Shown here: piece after piece, positions 46,453 through 55,400 of the stretch
Layout: each line of letters opens with the position of its first letter
Position numbering within the stretch: the stretch's first letter is position 1
Origin: a virus
Lineage: Duplodnaviria > Caudoviricetes
IMG/VR virus record: IMGVR_UViG_3300037349_000099
Coordinates: 2,076-66,075 of that record
Strand: one strand, 5' to 3'
DNA length: 64,000 nt
Made by a program: the position numbers and the translations under genes
Notes under the pieces: model-generated
The model's database searches: none
What the model saw: only the letters and a program-made list of their open reading frames with translations
Told to the model about the DNA's origin: nothing

Positions 46453-49002
46453 CTACTTTCCTTCGGCCTGAGCCAGTTTAGAAGCCATTTCCAAGATTTT
46501 TCCCCCGGCTGTCACCTGGGCCGCTTCCGACCCATTCTGCCCCAGCGGCGGCAGATGGCTGATCCTTTGCAAATTAGACACCTCATCAGCCGCATCCTGC
46601 AACAACAATTTCTTTGCCGCTTCCATTGTCGGATCCGGCGGAGGCGGAGGCGGCGCGCCAGCCATCTTGACCTGGAGGCTTCTTTGCGCTTCCGCTGCGG
46701 CCTCGCCTGCTTCCATCTGGACGGCCATCGCGTAATAAGCCTTGGTCCGCTCCCATCCACCTGGGTTCGACTTCTTGTAATCACCATTCTCCTGCCAGTA
46801 GAGGCGCATCGTATCGCGCAGTGTCGGGAAGTCCTCGACCTCCTGCTCTGGCATAATCGGCAACTGATTGACCTGCTGGCCGCTCTGTGGGTCGATTACC
46901 GCGATGTAGTTGTTCTCCATGAGCGTGTTGATCGCCTGGAGCGTGCGCGATCGCTGCGCAGCTTTGGGAAGTACAGCTCCCGGCGGCCCAAGGATGGAAA
47001 TGGCCATCTCCTGATTCGGAACACACTCCATCATCTCGGTTGCTATCGGATTGCCTTCACCGGCCATCTTGACGAAGTTGCTCAGCGTGTCGCGTACCTG
47101 CTCAGGAGTCTGCGGAAGGCCCTGGTCGATGTCCTGATAGACCTTGATGTGGCCCTGCATCTTGTTCCAGTTCACATAGTTGTTCCGGAACTCAGAGCCG
47201 TTGGACTGAATCACATCCCAGATTTCTCCAACTGCGCCGGCCTTCATCAGATTCTGGAGGCACTCAAGGGCGTTCTGGGCGGCTGTGGCGTGTTCGCTCT
47301 TGACTCCTTTCCAGTAGATGTTGAGCCGACTCAGAGCGGTGTTCAGCGACTGCTCCTGGCCTGATGCTGTCTCGATGCCCTTCTGTCCGCCGCCGCCAAA
47401 GGTCTGAGGCGTCACTCCTGAGATGGTCTCGGCCATCTGAATCAGCATCGGCGGGTAATTGAAGACCTGGGGGTCAAGCTCAAACTTGAACTGCATGATG
47501 GCGTCTTGGATCGGCTTATCAATCCCAGCGCCCTTCGTCTGGATACCATTCAGCACGCCAGGCGACATTACCCGGCCCGCCATCTCGCGCCGGTCGATCT
47601 TGCTGGCGTCGTAGATCGTCATGCCCGCGGCGCACCGCTCGATCCAGTCGTCGATCAGGTCCATCACATCATTCAGCCGGATGTTGAATGGAACAACCAG
47701 GTCAGCAATCGACTCGGGGTACATGCCGACGTTCTCATGGAGAACGCAAGCTGACCACTCTTTTGGGAGATTAGCCTTCCGCACATCCGCGACCACTGTG
47801 CCGATGAGCGTTACCTTGGCGCCGTCTGGAAAGTTCTCGTGCATCCATGCGGCGAACGTTTCATCTCCGCAACGGCCGTAGGAGCTTGGCTGCATCCAGT
47901 TTTGGCTGAGAGTCGGCTTTTCGTTCTGGCTATCGGTCGTGTAGCCCCAGCCCATCGATGTGACTTCACTACGGCGTAGCTTCTCAAAAGAGGCATTGGG
48001 CGTGGTGGCTAGCTCGGCGCCATCGGTGATCTGCTTGAAGATCGCCGGATAAGTCAGGCGCAGAGCGCCAATATCGATTTCCTGATCGAAACTCAATGTG
48101 GGCGTATGCTCGATGCACTGGGCCATCGGATCAACGTCGATTTCCATTGGCCCGTGGACGCTCCACTTGACCATTGCTTTGGGAACACGTTTCTGGCCGA
48201 CAATGCCAGTCTCCTGGGTCGCCTCAGCCCCATACCATGATTCTGGTCCCAGCGGAGCCCCGCAAGTGGGGCAACTCTTTGCCTGGCCAGCAGGAAATTG
48301 TGCAGCCGGCGTATCGGTCCCGCACTTGTAACAGTGGTAGCGGTCGGGCTTCTGGACTGGGATGGGGCCGAAGATGTCCTCATTGTCCCAGCCCGCCCAG
48401 TCGCCGTCGAGAACCGCGCGCGTGTGCTTGAAGTAGACGCCATAGAGATAGAGGTTGTTGCTCTCGGACAAGAGAATCTTGTCGCTCTTATTCATCCGCT
48501 CGATGATCGAGATTGCTTCCTGCGATGCCTTGGCTGTGGTCACGTCCGCCAGCACTTCAGCATTCTCCGGCTTCACGATGACGCTTGGCACTTCGCCGGC
48601 AATCACCGACGAGAAGCCGCCCTCAAGCATTTGAGTGATGTTGTTGCCGTACTTTTCTAAATAAGTATCCTCGGCCTCAGCTTTGCCATTCTGCCGGTTC
48701 CAGGCGAGCACATCGACATAGGTGTTGCCGCTGGGATCGTACTCGATGAGCTGGCTTCCGCGAAACATCAGGACATTGCGGGTCCAGCGGGGGAAGTGAA
48801 GGAGGCGATTCGGAGCCCAGCCGGTGCGGTAGGTCGTGATGGTCTCGACCATCTTCTCTTTGTAGCCTTTAGGGAACTGGAGTTCCTGCTCTTGTTGTTC
48901 GGGAGTCTCCAGTTGGGGATTGTCCGGCCCGTGGGCGAGGTCCGCGCCCCCTTGCTGTGGTGGCATTGAATTTTGTCCCATCGTCACAGCGGGTGAGGCC
49001 AT
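46453..49002 (-). CDS. Portal protein
   Basis: 849 aa; NNIT, ETISGV.P..FGG......TASG, Q/P-rich tail; head-module position. Confidence 0.8.
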   Translation of the reverse strand: MASPAVTMGQNSMPPQQGGADLAHGPDNPQLETPEQQEQELQFPKGYKEKMVETITTYRTGWAPNRLLHFPRWTRNVLMFRGSQLIEYDPSGNTYVDVLAWNRQNGKAEAEDTYLEKYGNNITQMLEGGFSSVIAGEVPSVIVKPENAEVLADVTTAKASQEAISIIERMNKSDKILLSESNNLYLYGVYFKHTRAVLDGDWAGWDNEDIFGPIPVQKPDRYHCYKCGTDTPAAQFPAGQAKSCPTCGAPLGPESWYGAEATQETGIVGQKRVPKAMVKWSVHGPMEIDVDPMAQCIEHTPTLSFDQEIDIGALRLTYPAIFKQITDGAELATTPNASFEKLRRSEVTSMGWGYTTDSQNEKPTLSQNWMQPSSYGRCGDETFAAWMHENFPDGAKVTLIGTVVADVRKANLPKEWSACVLHENVGMYPESIADLVVPFNIRLNDVMDLIDDWIERCAAGMTIYDASKIDRREMAGRVMSPGVLNGIQTKGAGIDKPIQDAIMQFKFELDPQVFNYPPMLIQMAETISGVTPQTFGGGGQKGIETASGQEQSLNTALSRLNIYWKGVKSEHATAAQNALECLQNLMKAGAVGEIWDVIQSNGSEFRNNYVNWNKMQGHIKVYQDIDQGLPQTPEQVRDTLSNFVKMAGEGNPIATEMMECVPNQEMAISILGPPGAVLPKAAQRSRTLQAINTLMENNYIAVIDPQSGQQVNQLPIMPEQEVEDFPTLRDTMRLYWQENGDYKKSNPGGWERTKAYYAMAVQMEAGEAAAEAQRSLQVKMAGAPPPPPPDPTMEAAKKLLLQDAADEVSNLQRISHLPPLGQNGSEAAQVTAGGKILEMASKLAQAEGK

Positions 49003-49005
49003 TGG

Positions 49006-49281
49006 CTACTTGCTCCCCTTGTTGGCTTGTTGCTCTTTCCAGCGCGTCTCAGCGCGTTCGCGGAACTCTCGGCGCAGATCGGCGCCTAACTTGCGATGAG
49101 CCTTCTGCGGTTCAATCGGCTTTTCGTTTGGATCCGCGATCGGCGGAGCCGCGGTGATTTGCTTGTTCAGATCGAGCAACTCAGCATTGACGCTCAGTAA
49201 TTCCTCGATGCGCTGCTCCCGATCCAGCAGCCGCTCCTCGGCTAGTTCCAACCGCAAGCGGGATACCCAGGGCCATCTCAT
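49006..49281 (-). CDS. Small coiled-coil protein
   Basis: MRWPWVSR start overlapping the KTSC stop; precedes portal. Confidence 0.65.
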   Translation of the reverse strand: MRWPWVSRLRLELAEERLLDREQRIEELLSVNAELLDLNKQITAAPPIADPNEKPIEPQKAHRKLGADLRREFRERAETRWKEQQANKGSK

Positions 49282-49481
49282 CAGAGTTCCTTGAACTTTC
49301 CGCGAATGTGCTTGTTGTAAAACTCGCCTTTGCTCGATGCGGCTTGAAATGCCTCCCATACCGACCCCGGAACGCCCAGGTGGACAATCCTCTTGCCCTG
49401 ATTGGTCGTCACGGTCAGCAGCCCGCCGGAGAAGTCGATGCTGGCCACCCATGAGCTATCAACTTGGATTGGGTTTGCCAT
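49281..49481 (-). CDS. KTSC-domain protein
   Basis: SS.V.SI.F....L.V....G....GVP..VW..F..ASSKG.FYN.HIRG.F. Confidence 0.88.
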   Translation of the reverse strand: MANPIQVDSSWVASIDFSGGLLTVTTNQGKRIVHLGVPGSVWEAFQAASSKGEFYNKHIRGKFKEL

Positions 49482-49484
49482 GGC

Positions 49485-49931
49485 TTAGAAATACTCCACC
49501 AGTTCGATTGTGGTGCCTGTGCCGGTTAGCGAACTGACGTAGAAGAGCAGCGTTGCCGTCGTAGGTCCAATCGCGGCAGACTGAGTGTTCCCAGCTCCAC
49601 CGATCGCATCTCCACATGGTCCATGCTCGGAAATGTGGTGCCAATTTTCAAAGAATGGAAACTCGCCAGGCTCATTCGTAGTCGAGTACGCCGGCCGCTG
49701 GAAGATGGTCGTGAATCCAGTGGCGCTGCCGTCATTGGGGATCTTGACCTGGAATCCCTCAGCAGACGCGGCAGCTCCGGCTTTTGTCACGATGCTCTCT
49801 TGGAACCGCCATGCGCGCACAGGGCCAGTTGCGTAGACGGGAATGAAAGCTGGATTAGCACCATCGCCGGGAATGTCAATTAGTCGGCGGGTCAGATTTG
49901 GACTGCCTGGAATCGGTGGAATAGCTGGCAT
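49485..49931 (-). CDS. Hypothetical beta-rich protein
   Basis: AAGGAG RBS, ATG 49931. Confidence 0.65.
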   Translation of the reverse strand: MPAIPPIPGSPNLTRRLIDIPGDGANPAFIPVYATGPVRAWRFQESIVTKAGAAASAEGFQVKIPNDGSATGFTTIFQRPAYSTTNEPGEFPFFENWHHISEHGPCGDAIGGAGNTQSAAIGPTTATLLFYVSSLTGTGTTIELVEYF

Positions 49932-50055
49932 GTGACTCCTTTGCTGAACGTCGTTTGAAAGGCCGGAAGAGTTCACTTGAAACACTAAAGGGCGCTCGGT
50001 TAAGAACGCCCCTCAATGGCTCTGGCGATTCTCCGCGGCCTCCTTTCGGGATGAT

Positions 50056-50568
50056 TTAAGCCTGCGCCCTCGCCAGCCACTCCGCGAGGTATGGCTCGTC
50101 TGCCGGGTTCACAACGACAATTTGCCGGTAGCGTGCGCAGCGCCCCTTGATGAACGTGGCGACCAATGCGACCTGATCTACGCTGTTGGCCGCTGTGGCT
50201 GTCTTCGGTCCCCACAGGCCATCCTCTGCGATAAACGGAGCCACCTTGCGGACCACGTTGACGGACTCCTGTAGGAGCTTAATCGCAACCCCAGAGCCCT
50301 CGTTTACGCCGCAGTCGAAGACGCGCTTCTGGATCTCGATGCCAAGCTGCGCCAGCCATTGATTCCAGAAGCATCTCCGGTAGAACGCAGCTACGGCGGC
50401 CGGACGCTCGGCTTGGGGAAGCGCGGCGATCCGGGCGAAATCTTCCGGCCATTCTTCCGAGTTGATGCCGGACAAGACTTGGCCTTTATTGTCGGATGTC
50501 ACAGCATAGGCAAGACGTGGGTCTTCCCACTGCATCGTCCACGCTAGGCATCTAAGGAAATCGTCCAT
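50056..50568 (-). CDS. Endolysin, GH108-like lysozyme with peptidoglycan-binding domain
   Basis: F...L...M.WE...D..G....GIN, FY...FW, FDCGVN.G...AIKLLQ, DG.WGPKT, YL..WL.R. Confidence 0.88.
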   Translation of the reverse strand: MDDFLRCLAWTMQWEDPRLAYAVTSDNKGQVLSGINSEEWPEDFARIAALPQAERPAAVAAFYRRCFWNQWLAQLGIEIQKRVFDCGVNEGSGVAIKLLQESVNVVRKVAPFIAEDGLWGPKTATAANSVDQVALVATFIKGRCARYRQIVVVNPADEPYLAEWLARAQA

Positions 50569-50580
50569 TGTTGCCTCGAT

Positions 50581-50762
50581 GTGCTTTGCGCGGGGCGGGC
50601 CGGATTTGAACCAGCGACCTTCCCGTTACTGACAGGATGCTCTAAGCAGGCTGAGCTACCGCCTCCGCGCAAACTTGTTTACAGCGTGCTTTGCGCGGGC
50701 CGGCAGTAAACATCTGCAAGATTAAAGAAGGCCGTACCTTCTCCCGCGCAAACCTTGTTTAC
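50581..50762. repeat. Tandem pair of cassettes GTGCTTTGCGCGGG...CCGCGCAAAC(C)TTGTTTAC
   Basis: Unit 1 at 50581-50682 contains the tRNA-like body; unit 2 at 50686-50762 contains two small hairpins. Confidence 0.8.
50591..50665 (-). tRNA. Degenerate tRNA-like gene (nominal anticodon AGT), no CCA
   Basis: TAGCTCAG...GAGC D-arm, TCCTG/CGGGA anticodon stem, GCTGG-TTCAAAT-CCGGC T-arm. Lacks U33 and G19; A2:C71 mismatch. Confidence 0.65.
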
Positions 50763-51121
50763 GCCGCCGTGGCCGCTGCCCCTGGGGTTGGTGATGCAGC
50801 CGCCGGAATGGCGTTCAGGCCGGCCACTACGCCGTTGATGACGGCAGTCAATTGAGTTGGCGTGTACTGCGGGAACTGAGCGGCTACGGCCTGAACCACA
50901 AGTGCCAGTTTTTGCGCTCCAGTGCCGTTCTGTTGCCCCGCTGCAATCGCGACGGCCTCTGCCTTCGTCACTTCCGCCAGAACCGCGTTGTAGAGGATTC
51001 CGATTCCGGGAGCGAGCGCGTCCACGAACGGCTCGGCTTCGGTTGCAACGGTGATTGCGCCGCCAAAGAAACGTTTGAGGCCATTTCCAATATCGCTGAG
51101 AATTGAAGTGAAACTCGCCAT
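50759..51121 (-). CDS. Holin-like/lysis-region protein
   Basis: AE......GTGAQKLALV pattern of LLH-type holins; next to the endolysin. Confidence 0.55.
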   Translation of the reverse strand: MASFTSILSDIGNGLKRFFGGAITVATEAEPFVDALAPGIGILYNAVLAEVTKAEAVAIAAGQQNGTGAQKLALVVQAVAAQFPQYTPTQLTAVINGVVAGLNAIPAAASPTPGAAATAA

Positions 51122-51144
51122 GCTTTGAGCCTCCTCTGGCTCGG

Positions 51145-51480
51145 TTACGGTTTGGTAGGGTTTGCAGCAACCGCCCTCGGATCGACAGGCTCAAGCTGCG
51201 CGGGAACTTCCACTTTCGTTGTGGACGGCGGGAAGGCGGCCAGAACGGTGGGATTTTGGGGGGTAAGGTTTAGGTGGTATACGCTGGCGGTAGCAACCAT
51301 CGCGGCACCAATCACAGTCGCAATCCAGTAGTGTCGAGATTCGTTAAACACTCCGGTTGACACAAAAGACTGCGCCTGAGCATAGAGGGTCGTTCCTAGC
51401 GCGGTGCTGAACGCCACAAACCAAGGATTGTTGTGAAGTTTCAGCCAAAGTTTGGATATAAAGTTCACCGTGCCCTCCAT
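51145..51480 (-). CDS. Putative holin (2 TM)
   Basis: Two hydrophobic helices; lysis cluster. Confidence 0.55.
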   Translation of the reverse strand: MEGTVNFISKLWLKLHNNPWFVAFSTALGTTLYAQAQSFVSTGVFNESRHYWIATVIGAAMVATASVYHLNLTPQNPTVLAAFPPSTTKVEVPAQLEPVDPRAVAANPTKP

Positions 51481-51598
51481 GTTACCCGCTTCGCAAGCGG
51501 CTTGCAGTACGCGCAAGGTATCAACCCTGCGCTGCTCATGTAGTGGCCGCGCCCGAAGCACTCAGGACAGCCGAAAAGCCAAATTTGGATGCGGCGGA

Positions 51599-51907
51599 TC
51601 ATGTGCTCTCGACCGCAGGCTCAATCTCCTGCTTGGTGACCGAACGAGCGTTTAGCGCCACCAAAATCACATGATCGTTCTTCACGTGAATCGGACAGCG
51701 AAGCGTCCAGTGAACGTCCTCCCCCTTCGGCGGATCGTCCGGGAATATCTGCATCGGCGTAGTCACGCCCACCTTAGCGCAAAAGCTGCATGTCGCCGGA
51801 ATCCATGGCTGGTGCCTGATTGAATCAACGAATTGGGGTGGCGTGGTCAAATGCGCGTCCTCCAGTGTGACGGGTAGCGGACGGAAGAGAATGTCCCCTC
51901 TGGCCAA
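51599..51907 (-). CDS. Small zinc-binding hypothetical protein
   Basis: CSFC...CPIH. Confidence 0.5.
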   Translation of the reverse strand: MARGDILFRPLPVTLEDAHLTTPPQFVDSIRHQPWIPATCSFCAKVGVTTPMQIFPDDPPKGEDVHWTLRCPIHVKNDHVILVALNARSVTKQEIEPAVEST

Positions 51908-51993
51908 TGGCAGGCGGGAATCTTCGGCGGCGGGTTAGGCTGACCCGGTGGCGGAATGGGTGGTACGGGTGGCTGCGATCCCATGATGGACTC

Positions 51994-52395
51994 CTAGTGC
52001 GCCGGCATTTCAGTGCCGCCAACGTTCTGCTGAGACGATATTACTCCCATCGCAGGAGGTTCTGCGAAGGTTTTGCGCTGAGTCTGCCCTGGGGTGGGAG
52101 GTGGTGCTGGTGATGGTGATGGGGGGGCGGGCAGATAAATCACCTGCGGCGCCTTGCTCTCGATCCGCCAACTCATAATCGCAAGGCCAAGAATGATGAC
52201 TGCATTGAGAACGAGTCCCAACTTCTTCGAGAAGTCTATTTGCGTCATAAACGTGTTAAAGCGCGGCACGATGCCCTCCGTTCCGTCTTGTTCGTTGCCC
52301 ATCAGCAGATCTTCATGGCGCTGTAGAGAGCTTTGCACGACAGCCATCACCGCGTCCGGCTTGTTTTCATTCCATTGAATCCAGGCCACATGCAC
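51994..52395 (-). CDS. Single-TM membrane protein (lysis accessory?)
   Basis: L.GN...G..GIV, TM helix, Pro-rich tail; GGAG RBS. Confidence 0.6.
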   Translation of the reverse strand: MHVAWIQWNENKPDAVMAVVQSSLQRHEDLLMGNEQDGTEGIVPRFNTFMTQIDFSKKLGLVLNAVIILGLAIMSWRIESKAPQVIYLPAPPSPSPAPPPTPGQTQRKTFAEPPAMGVISSQQNVGGTEMPAH

Positions 52396-52453
52396 TCTCC
52401 ATTTGGTTCTACCGCCAGCCTTGCGGCTTGCCCTATTACTGGCCGGGCGGGTG

Positions 52454-55400
52454 CTACGGAATCAATGTTACATCGTACCCAATCAATCCGCAGTAATCTG
52501 TCGCCACTGAATTTTGCATCGAAAAGTTGATGTAGTACTGGGTCGTTCCGGTGTTGAATGCTTCAAAGGTGGTCAAACCTCCCTCGCCGGTATTCGTGGC
52601 CGCGAGATAGCCGGTAAGCTGCTGTGCGCTTACCGAATTCTCGTTGCGAACCGCTCCTAGAAAATGAGAAGGAGTATGGGCCACCACGTTATATCCCGCA
52701 CCGATATTCTTAGATGGACCGCTACCGGCAATACCAGTAGAACTCGCACTGAAGTAGACACGCGGATTGCAGGTTCCCGTGTTGACTCCAGATGCGGTCG
52801 TGGTGATGGTTACCGTCCCTGAGCAGGTCGCGCCGCTGCCGCTTGTACAGGTGGCCGAAGTAGGAGGGGCAGTGCAACTGTTACCTGCCGTGTTTACAAC
52901 TGCGGAGCTAAATACACCACTGGCCAGCGTCACCGTTCCGGTCGAACTGGTGCAACCGTTATTGAATCCGGAAAGCGTTACTGTGCCGGTGCCAGCGATA
53001 GACCCGCCGCTGATGGCTGTAATAGAGACGAGCCAGCCGCAAGTGGAGAAAGGAGTCTGGTAGCCATCGCAGGCATCGAACCAAGCATCAATTTTTGCTG
53101 TGCTGGTTGCCGCCAGGGTGCCGGAAGGTATCGTACATGTCGTACCTGATATTTGCGTTTCTGCGGTGCCTCCCGTGTTCGTCCCCAGTCCGTAATACTT
53201 GCACAGCGCCGTCACTCCCCCGCCGCTTGTTACCAGTGCCGCCGGCGTACCCAAGTCCTGAATCTGGCCGCCCGTGCCCGTCATCCCGGCCACATCTCCG
53301 CTCACTGCGGTAGTCGGCCCAGTAGTGAGTCCAGCCCCCGATCCTGCCAGCGCCTTGCTGCTTGTTGCCGTGGTCGCTGATCCAGCGATAAGGGCTTGCC
53401 CAGATGTAGCGCCGGAGATGCCTGTGCTACCACTGCTGCATCCCCCCGCCGTCCAGGCTCCAGCCGAACCTACCATGCAATCTCCATCCACCTCCGCAAC
53501 CCCTGCTGGGGTATTGGTTCCGTTGCTGATCACAGCATCCCCGGACGTAGGCCAGGTTGTTCCAGGAACCGAAGAAGTGCAAGCCCAGAAGGATGAGATT
53601 ACGGAAAACAGGTGAATCGTCGTGATCGCGCTTGCACCTGTGTTAGTAGGAGCGCAGTTTGCTGTATTCTGCGGCGGGTTAGCGAACGTGAATGTGCAAT
53701 TGGTAGCGGGACATTGAACAAACGTAATGTTCATGTCTTGATTCGCAGGCGCCGGCAGGGTCATGGTGACGTTTCCTGCCATCGTAAAACTGAGATTCTT
53801 TACTAATGGTGCTGTCACGCTGCCGCTCACCGCATTGCCAATGTAGTACTGTTCGTCTCCAGTGTACCCGCTGACAAACCACCCATATCCTTGCGAGTCA
53901 TTGACAAGGTGGATGCTTCCCGCCACCGAAGAAAAACTGATGGGAATCGTGCTGCTCGTAGATACACTCCATGTAAACCCCGAGTTATTTCTAACATCGA
54001 GGTCGATGAAGGGGACGCTCCCGATTCCCGCCGTAGGAACAACAAAAGTTGTGTTTCCAGTTAGCCCGCAGTGTTGGAACATATAGGATGCGTTCAAATT
54101 GATGGTCCCCGTGCACGCTCCCGACGTGCCAAGTGCAATGCTCTGTGGAGTCCAGTTGTAAGCGTAGTTTGTAGGCATGGCGGACTCAATAAACAAGGGC
54201 GCTGTAGCTGTTCCAGCGTTCGCAACCCACGTTACAGAACCCCCCTCGTATGGCTGCAAACTGAGCCAAAGTGGATCGTAGGCACCAAGGGAATCTCCCA
54301 CGAATGAGTTAGTACTCAACGTCACATTGTGAGGGGAGCCGCCTTGGAAGTAGTTAAAAGTGAGCCGCTGTCCCGGAAGGATGTTGATCGGCTCCAGCGT
54401 AAACGGGAAATAAATCTCCGCTGTGATTGTGGTGCAAACGCTCATATCTACGCGAATGATGTTTCCAGTCGGCAGTTGTGTGTTTTCAACCAAGTTGCAC
54501 ACATTCGGCGCAATTTGATAAAGCTGAGTGCTTCCCGATGTCTGCTGTACCACCTGCGCGGTTGGGGCCAGGTTCTTAGCAATGGGGTCGTTCGCCAGCA
54601 TCCACGCATACACTTGCTGGGCCACATAAGTAAGGCCGTTGCTTTGTAGTCCCGGAGCCACCACCTGATTGGACCCAAGGTGCAGAGGATCGGTGCCAAG
54701 GTAGTGCGCTCCGATTGCATGAGTCGCGGCGGTGCTCCCGTTGTACCCGCGAATGCACCCTGTCACGTTATCTCCTGACGTTGCGGTGACAGCGATATTT
54801 TCAGAATCTATCAGCATCTTCACGCCATTGCCGATGCCCGCTGGCGAAACCGTTACCGTGAAGGTGCAGGAGGTCGTGTCGGACATGGTAGTAGTCAACG
54901 CGCCCTGACCGTCACCGGCTCGCAGCGAAGTAGGCGGCGTATCGTTATTGAAGTCGATCACATCGGCAGGGATGGCCGGGTTGTATTGCTCCACCAAAGC
55001 ATGACGAATGTCAAAGTAGTTGTTTGGATAAGCCGCCTGAAGGGCAGCATTCATGGCGATAACTTCGTTGTATCCAGTGGTCGTGGGGATTTCATACGAG
55101 GAGTTAATTTCCGCGAGAACCAGAAAACGTTTTGGGCTGGGCAGCGCAGCGATCACCGCGGCATAATCCGCAAGGCATTGGGTCGTGCTTACTAGATTAT
55201 TTCGGCAAAGCCATAACACATTGAACCCATTCGCTACATTGGGTGGCAGTACTGAAAGCCACGCATTTCCAGATGGCACTACCACTGGCGAAGCCGGATA
55301 GGTCTGCGGCGTACAGACGTTGCTTGCAGCCGCCGAGAGCGTGTAAGTCACTCCCGAAACTACCGTCGTAATCAGCACACCCTGCGATGAAATCGCCCCC

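Noticed and set aside
50591-50665. tRNA as attachment site or functional tRNA-Thr
   Set aside because: Lies mid late operon with no integrase nearby and lacks several invariant bases.
50581-50762. Possible mini-CRISPR array
   Set aside because: Only two units, with inverted-stem architecture and structured inserts of unequal length. No cas operon; the PD-(D/E)XK nuclease fits a RecT partner.
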